From: Schmidtea polychroa
Taxonomy: Eukaryota
DNA length: 64,000 bases
Assembly (NCBI GenBank): GCA_044892525.1
Contig: CM097885.1
Coordinates: forward strand, 234,300,001-234,364,000
Direction: 5' to 3'
The position numbers were made by a program, and so were the translations under genes. Every line of letters starts with the position of its first letter. Position 1 is the first letter of the stretch. Shown piece after piece: positions 1-9,000 of this stretch. The notes below the pieces were generated by a model. That model was not told the DNA's origin and did no database searches. It saw nothing but the letters and a program-made list of their open reading frames with translations.

Positions 1-1
1 A

Positions 2-3000
2 TATGATTTTAATATCAAATTGAAATTAGAACAAATAAAACAATGTACTCTGAGACGAAACCTGGATAAGCTGATCAAACAAATTCAAGAACAAGTAGAA
101 GACAACTGGGATTTACTCATCACCAGACGAGCCCCAGCCATGTACGAACTAATGAGCCGGTTGCGAGATACAGAAATGCTCCGAATGAGTGATTGGAGAA
201 CCATAAATTTGATCCACAAATATGGAAGGTTAAAAGAAACCCAGCCACAGAGGTTGGAAATAACCATATGGTTACCGAACGAAGAAAAACGACGAATAAA
301 AATGAGCAATCAGAGTACAGTAGATGACTTGGTATCAAAAATAAACCAAGAAATAACGGAAAAGGTACGTAGCGAAAGTAGTGATGGTATGGTGGATGAT
401 GTAGTCATGATGTACGATAAGATAATATTACGAGCGGAGGACGACACCTCGTTAAGCGAAATGGGTATGTGGGACAATCACCAGATAATCAGGATAGTAC
501 CAATGGATGAATTTCGAACAAGAGATGTAACCTATCAAAAAGAAATACGAGACCGGATGAAAACGTTATATCAAAAATCTACGGAAATAATTAAAATCCA
601 CCAACAATGGTTAAAAGAAAAAGAACTACAAGGAAAAATCACGAAATTAAGCACCAGATCCTGCAGACGAACCCCATGGGAAAGAGTGTGGAATGCAGAA
701 AGTAAGGAATGGGAAATCCGGAAAGGAACCTTCGTGGAAACAGACATTGGTGAGACAGAAAGTGAATCGGAGGAAGAAGAAGAGGAACCTCCAAAATATG
801 AAGAGGAAGCAAGGGAACAGACATCAGATGACGAAGGCGAGACGGATGTCACATCAGAAAGCGAAAATGAAGCGAGACATATTCATGCAATGAGGAAAAA
901 GGAACGTGAATATGCTGATATGGACGGCGAGGAAGCGACGGAAGCAAGAGAACGAGAAGAGAAAGAAAGATATAAACAATTAGGCGATATCTTAGCAATG
1001 GGAGCGAAAAATCAAAGACGCCAAGTAGTAGCGTTGGCTAACATCATCTTAAAGACATCAGAGGACATCCACAATCTGAGAGGAATGGCAAAGGCAATAG
1101 AGGAATACCGGCAATATAATGAATGGTATCCAGAACAGCTAGAACAAATTATTCGAAAATGGAGAAATCAGGAATGGGCACAAGACACCCAGGAGAGGTA
1201 TCACATCCGAATCAAGTATCCAGACAAGAGCATCGAGGAACTAGAGGTGCATCCAACAACAAAAATTAGAGAATTAAAAAAGAAATTAGCATATGAAACT
1301 CCATTCCATCTGCAACTGTTCGGAAAATCACTAGACGATAATGCAGACGTCGGGATAACCCCCATGAGATTGGAAGAGACAAATGTATTAACAATGGCAG
1401 AAACGTTGGGAAAACCGTTAAAAAGGAAAAGTAAAATTATTAAACCAACAAAAGGCAGTTTGAGTACTCCAAGTCCGAACAAAGCACCAAGTAAATCTAA
1501 TGAAACTGAAGAAGTTGAAGAGATAATCCTGGAAGGTAGTGACGATGAACCAGGAGAAAGATCACCGCTATTAGTGAGATGGCCGACAGGAGCCGAAATG
1601 TGGACTAATAACCAGCCATCAACGAGTTATCAACAACCAACGAAACTGAACATCAAAGAAATCATCGACAATACTACGGAAACCGAAACGGATGAACAAT
1701 TCCAGAAGCAAAGAGAACCAACGAAAGTAACACCAGAAAGTCAAACCGACAAAATAATAGACGAATGGAATGAGTGGCTAAGAAATAACGATAGCTCATT
1801 ACCCAGAACGGATAACGAAAGAAATCCGAATTACGAAAATACCAGAGAAGCAGGAACGATGATGGAAAAACGGGCAAAAGGAAGACCCAAGAAACAAGGA
1901 GAAAAGTCTGAGTTCAAAACCAAAGAACAATTAAAGCAAGAACAAGGGCAAGTTCGATTAGAAAAATTGGATAAAATAGTATGGGATCTAAAGGAAGCCC
2001 AACCAACGATCGAAAGAGGAGAAAAATGGATACGAGAATTGTTAAAAGATATGTTAATAATAACAAACCCACAACTTAGACGTTTGTGGCAACGGAAAGT
2101 AGCCAGTACGGAAGCTAGACAATTATGGCACACCATTTCGGGGATAATCCCAAAGTTAATCAAAGAGAAAACGAAAACCACCAAAACGGATTGGGACGAA
2201 ACAAAGAGAGTGATTGAGCAGCTCACGACAAATGCAAATGATGACGAGCATCACCTAGTGGTAATCACTTATTTGATGTATAATTTGATGGGACTAGCTG
2301 CGAGGAAAATACCAAATAAACAGTTTGCAAATCATGTAGAAATGACCGTTTCAATCATAGAGAATACTATTGAACCACACATTATTCGTGCAGGAGGATG
2401 GAAAAGACTGATACAAGCGCCACGGAAAAATGAGCAAGAAAGGTCGATGCAAGTTAGATTGAAAAAACTGTTAAATGAACTAGAATGGGAACTACCGATG
2501 AAAGATCCCGCAAGCAGAAAAGCATCAATAAATTCGTTAATGATGACTATGATGATATGGATGTTGTGCACAAGTGGAGCAACAGGTTTCACCATCTACG
2601 ATTGTGATAACATGATAATGAGAGATAAATACTCATTGAGAGACATAGAAGAATGCAGACAAGCCTCACCCAACAAATTGGACATCGTGAGAACAAAAGT
2701 TACTTACCATGTATATCAAGAATCAGATTTCATCAGAACGCAAGCAAGGGAATGCGTAGTATCAAAAAAGGTACTCGCATATTACTGTGGACAATATTCG
2801 TATTCGACTCTTATACTACCCGGTCTGGATAAAGAAATCGTATCAATACAACGAGAGGATTGTAAAGAGCTATTTAGAACCGGAGCGCTAAAAATGCATA
2901 ACGGAGTGACAATTCACGGACAAACTGGAATGATTAAAACCGAAAGTGTTTACGTATCCGGAAAAGTAAAATCATCAGATGGGTCATGTAACGGAGGTAC

Positions 3001-6000
3001 GTATACGATCCGAGGCGAGGTAATATCGGGAGTTGTAGTGATCGAGTCTTACACGGTCGAATTAAAAGAATACGAAGCGCAATTTGACGCAAATAATTAC
3101 CAAATGAAGACCAACCCAACGTGTAGAGCTACAGAAAACGTATGCAGGACAGGAGTATCAACTATAATCTATGAAGCTAATACCCAAAAATGCCGACTCC
3201 AACTGTTAAAAAGTGCTTTGTTCAATGAAGTAAAAGGAGAAATATATGAGAACGAGAACGACGAGGATGGAAACGACAGAGTGAGAATGCGAAATGGAAA
3301 ACCAATGCCACCATCTCCCAGAGAAAAGAGACTTTCAACGCAGAAGACACCAACAGCATTAATCACAGACGATCCAGATCTAGGTATGAGATTTATCAAA
3401 GAGAAAGAAACCACCAAATGTGACAGTATAGTATATAAAACCAATTACGCAGGTATCTATATGTCGAGACAAATAATCGATAGAGCAGTGGGAAAGATAG
3501 CAACGGAGGACGTAAAACTATACTTATATGCAAATAATAAAATGGATTTTCTATTTCATCGCGGACAAACGACCTTGCAAAAAGTATATTACGATCTAAT
3601 ACAAAACGATTGTTCATTGAATAAAGAAATATTGAAAACAAAGCTAGCTATTGCGATAACGCACCCAGATAACACGATGCCATCACTCCCATTACCAGAT
3701 GGACACTTTGGTAGAATGGTAGGAGAAGTGATGTACACATACCAGTGTACCAAGACGTATGCACGAATGCCAGAAAAATCCATACTACCCGAAAAGAGAT
3801 GTGCAAATGAATTAGAAATCCGTTATAAAGGACAAAATCGATTCGTCCAACCAGTCACTAGAATTATGAATCCAGTGGGTTTCTACCCAAATCTCTTTAA
3901 CTGTTCTAATGCATACGGACCTTTATATGAAAGGCCCGATGGGAAATGGATGATGTTACCGGGAAAAACCATATCCGAGGAGCCCAAAAAATTTGGATTA
4001 ATAGAACTCGCCACAGAGCTGGATTTCAAACCTATAGACGTGTCAAACGGTGGTATGTATTCCCCAGAAGATCTAGAAACAGCACGACTTAACGTACTCT
4101 TCCCAGCCAGACGAGAATCCATTTTGTCTAATATGGTAACAATAACTGGGGGCACAAACTATCAATCAGGCCCGAATTACGAGCTGCTATTATCGCCAGA
4201 CCATTTTCAACAAGCTACGTCAAACATGATGAAAGCAATGTGGGGAAGATTCTTAGTTTTTGGACAAATGATGGCCGGGATATTAGGGATCATACTCATA
4301 ATTCAGATAGTCAGAGTAATACTAACACAAATGTTAGCTTGTTTCGATATATACAAGCGGGAAAAGAAAGTTAATTGGAAAATGATAGTAGGCTTCTTAC
4401 CATTTTTAGCTAAGACCATGGTATTACATGGCCACTCAAAAGACATTCATCGGATAAAGCGATTGATTAAAATATTAACAAAGATTAAAGGAACCGACGA
4501 GGAAGTAGGCAGACGATTCCGGAAAGTAATGTACGATGAAGCAACAAGACGACAATTGAAAAAGAATAAGCCAAAATTCTTGGACCGATTTAGAAGCCAA
4601 TCATCTAACAGCGATAGTGACGACGATGATAACGGGAACGATAAATGTCTTTATCCAAACAGAAACCCAAACGAAAAACCAATGGAAACGGCACCATATT
4701 GGGAAAAGGAAAAGACAAACACCTGGATCGCCAATGGAAGCTATATACCACCGGATATCGTGGGACCACAAACAGCTTTGACCATGACACAAAATATGTA
4801 TCCGCAATTACCGAGTCAACCCGGTATGCATTATATGCCAACACGACGTACCAAAAGTGTAGATCAAGCAGATGACGTAAGAACAATAGCAGCGATGAGT
4901 TTACCTGGAGGTCCAGCAGTAACAGTTATGATTCAAATCAATGGTAAAGAAACCAATGCTATGATAGACACCGGAGCTAATGTATCAGCGATAGCGATTA
5001 ATCAAATCCCCAGTAAACACTGGAAGGATATCGAATCAACAACAATTCACATCATAGCATGTAGTAAAGAAACAGTGGACGTGGTCGGAAGATGGTGGAC
5101 TACATTGAGATACCAGGACAACGAAATTGAAACGTATTTGGCAGTAATACCAAAACTTAGCGTACCATGCATAATCGGAACGGATTTGATGCCAGAATTG
5201 TTAAAGGAAGTCGTAATTGACTTAACAACCATGTGTTTAAAAGACAAAACCGGTAGAATATGCAAAATGAATTCAGTCATCAGATGTCCAGAAAAAATAA
5301 TAGTACCAGCAAAATCACAGATGATTTGTCAGATAAAAGTGGATACGGGTATGGAAGGAGAAGTTATCTTTGAACCAAGCAAGTCATTTGAAAAGCGACG
5401 AGAATTACCACTCGCAAGAGAAATAATCACAATAAACCAAGAAGGAGTGATACCGCTCAACATCACGAATTTCGAAGAGGAAGACAAAATCATTTATGAG
5501 AACGAAAAATTGGGAAGATTGACCCCAATGATGGACATAGAATTACCGAAAGTGACCAACGAGATGATCAAAGATGATGAATTATGGACAATAGATAGTA
5601 TGTTGTTGACGAATGACGAAAAGAAAAAATTGCACCGATTGTTGGTAGAATATAAAGATATATTCGCCATCTCAGATTTAGACTTGGGTACATGTGATGT
5701 TACCCTACATGCAATACCACTCATAGACGAAACCCCAATTGCATTGAGACCATACAAGCTAGCAGAAATGCAGAAAGAAATAGCCGAAACAGAAGTACAA
5801 AAGATGCTAGACGCAAAAGTAATCGAACCAAGTTGCTCACCCTGGCAATTCCCAGTGGTCATGGTAAAAAAGAAAGATGGCACCCAACGATTCTGTATCG
5901 ATTATCGGAAGTTAAACGCAGTGACCAAGAGAGATACCTATCCATTGCCGGACATCAATGAGATGTTATTGATGTTGCAAGGGGCAGCATATTTTACTTC

Positions 6001-9000
6001 TTTAGATCTAAAAAGTGGATACTGGCAGATTAAAGTCAAAGATGAGGACAAAGAGAAAACAGCTTTCACGTTGGGACGAGATCTATATCAATTCAGGAAA
6101 ATGCCATTTGGACTGACTAACGCACCAGCATCATTTCAACGGTGTATGAACTTTGTCACCCATGGAATCAAACAATGTATGGTATATATTGATGATTTAC
6201 TAATCTATTCAGCGACATTTGAACAACATCTAGAAGATATCCGAAACGTATTTATTAGATTAAGACAGTGGAAACTCAAACTCAAACCATCAAAATGCGA
6301 TTGGGCAAAGGAAAAAGTCACGTTTTTAGGACACATAGTGTCAGCTAAAGGAAAGGAGCCAGATCCAAGAAACATTGAGAAAATAAAAACATGTCCAGCA
6401 CCGAAAACTGTCACCCAAGTTCAGGAATTTCTAGGATTATGCGGATACTACCGCAAATTTATCAAAAATTATGCAGGAATTGCAAAACCAATCCAGGAAT
6501 TAGTTAAGAAGGACATTTCGTTCTTATGGGGGAAGGAACAACAAGAGGCGTTTGAAACGCTGAGAGACAAACTAATCGAAGCACCTATCCTCGTACACCC
6601 AGATTTTAAGAAGCCATTTCTATTGGCAACGGATGCAAGCGGGTACGCGGCAGGCGCGATTCTGGGACAATTGGACGATGAGGGAAAAGAGAGAGTAATC
6701 GGGTATTACAGTCGAACATTCAAAAAGCACGAAAAGAACTATTCGGTAACAGAACGAGAAGCATTGGCTATAATACAAGCTATCAAACACTTCCGATATT
6801 TACTATGGGGACATGAGATATGCATAACCACAGACCATCAACCATTAGTGTGGTTAGGGCAACATAAAGAAGCGTCCAGTAGACTGATGAGATGGGCCAT
6901 GCAATTGCAAGAATACTCCCCATTTATAAAATTTAAAGCGGGAAGAGCAAATGCCAACGCCGATTGTATGTCAAGATTTATTTTCCCAGATTTGGTGGAT
7001 TCAGAAATGCAACGCATATGCTTAATAGTAGCGGAAGATTTGGATTTCTGTCAATTGCGAAAGGACCAACAAGAGGACGCGGAATTAAAACAAATTATCG
7101 ATTATATAAAAACCGGACAGACAGATGTATATGCGAAAGACCAAAAATTAAAAGAACATATGGATAAACACCGACACCGATATATTATAGAGAAAGATTG
7201 GTTGCTGATAATGGATGGGGAAAAACGATTAATGTGTATACCGGAAAACCGACGAAAAGAGTTACTAACGCAATATCACGATGGGAGATTGGGAGGACAT
7301 ATGTCATCGAAAAAGACGTTAGCAAGAATGAAACAGAAATATTTTTGGCCTACGTTAACGGAAGATGTAACCGAATGGGTAAAAAATTGTCTAACTTGTG
7401 CAACCAGGAAGAATACGGGATCGAAATGGAAAGCACCTTTAACGCCAATGCCAGTACCAATAGAACCAATGACAATGATATCCATGGACGTAGTTGGTCC
7501 ACTACCAGAGTCAGATAAAGGAAACGTTTACATTCTGGTGATCACAGACTTTCTTACGAAATTCCCAGAAGCATTCGCGATGCCAGACCAAAAAGCTAAA
7601 ACAATCGCAAAAATTTTGGTAGAAGAGATATGTTGCCGATATGGAACACCAAAACAAATCTTAACCGATCAGGGAACAAATTTTATGAGTGAGATAATGA
7701 GCGAAGTAACAAATTACTTCAAAATAGCAAAACTAAGAACATCTCCATACCACCCTCAAACCAATGGGATGACGGAAAGATTTAATGGAACACTTATACA
7801 AATGTTATCAAACTACGTTGACCGTCACCAACGAGATTGGGACGAATATATAAACCTATGTCTTATGGCGTACAGAATGTCGATTCACGCATCAACGAAA
7901 ATGAGCCCATTCAAATTAATGTACGGAAGAGAATGTAATATGCCAATGGACCTGGAATACCAACCACCGATATCGCAGTATATGGAGATCGATGATTATG
8001 TTACGAAATTCAAGGAAAGAATGCAAGAAATTTGGGAAACTGCGGGATTAAATATCAAGTTCTACCAGGAAAGTTATAAAGATTTACACGATCGAAAGAA
8101 AAACGTGAAGCAACATACGTTCCAAACAGGGGATTGGGTAATGATAGAAACCCCGGAATTAATTCCAGGAACCACAAAAAAGTTACAACGCAACGGAAAA
8201 GGACCATATGAGATCTTATTCGTAGGCGAAACTAATGTAAGAGTGAAATTGGTAAATAACCCCTTTACCAGACCAATATACGTAAACGTGGCACGATGCA
8301 AATCAATTCCAAAAACAGCCACTAGTCAACCAGAAGGCCGTACATTAACCACACGTTCGCAAACCTACCAAATGAACATGATGCAACAACTCGCAGAACC
8401 GATCACTGGACGATTAGGTATCCAACCATCAGAAGCGGAAAAGATTGTAAAAGAGGTAAAAATTAAAATACCTGGATGGGCAAAAGATCGATTAGATTTC
8501 GAAATATTAGGAGGATTATTGACGATGATCGAGAACTATGCAAATAGAGAAAGGACACACCCATTATTGCGAGTAGTCAAAAGCCAATGGCCAATATTAT
8601 TTACAATAACAGATCATTACGGAGACACACCATTACACAAACTCATGAAAGTAGGTAACAACGAGCAAATACTAGAAACAATAGAAGCATTTCACGACTG
8701 CAAGCGATCAACAGAACAAACAAACAACCAAGGTTACACACCATTAATGATAGCCGCAAACAGAGGCAAAACAAAAGACATTATAACCGCATTACTCGAT
8801 ACCGGATCGAAAATAACTACACAAGACCACGAGCGGAAAAACGCTCTACATCATGCTATCAGAGGGAGAAGTACCGAGGCGTTCACGTCATTGATGGAAC
8901 TACTATCATATGAGGACAATCGGGAAGTCGGAAACATGTATGATGGATTGTTAACAGCGATCAAAGAAAAACTGACGACAATTACCGGAATATTAATTAC

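Noticed and set aside
20..22. TTG start of the 3856-aa ORF
   Set aside because: The frame is open upstream to the window edge, so the real start is outside the window.
5270..5530. dUTPase-like segment between PR and RT
   Set aside because: Catalytic dUTPase motifs are absent. This beta-rich linker is common in Gypsy pol.
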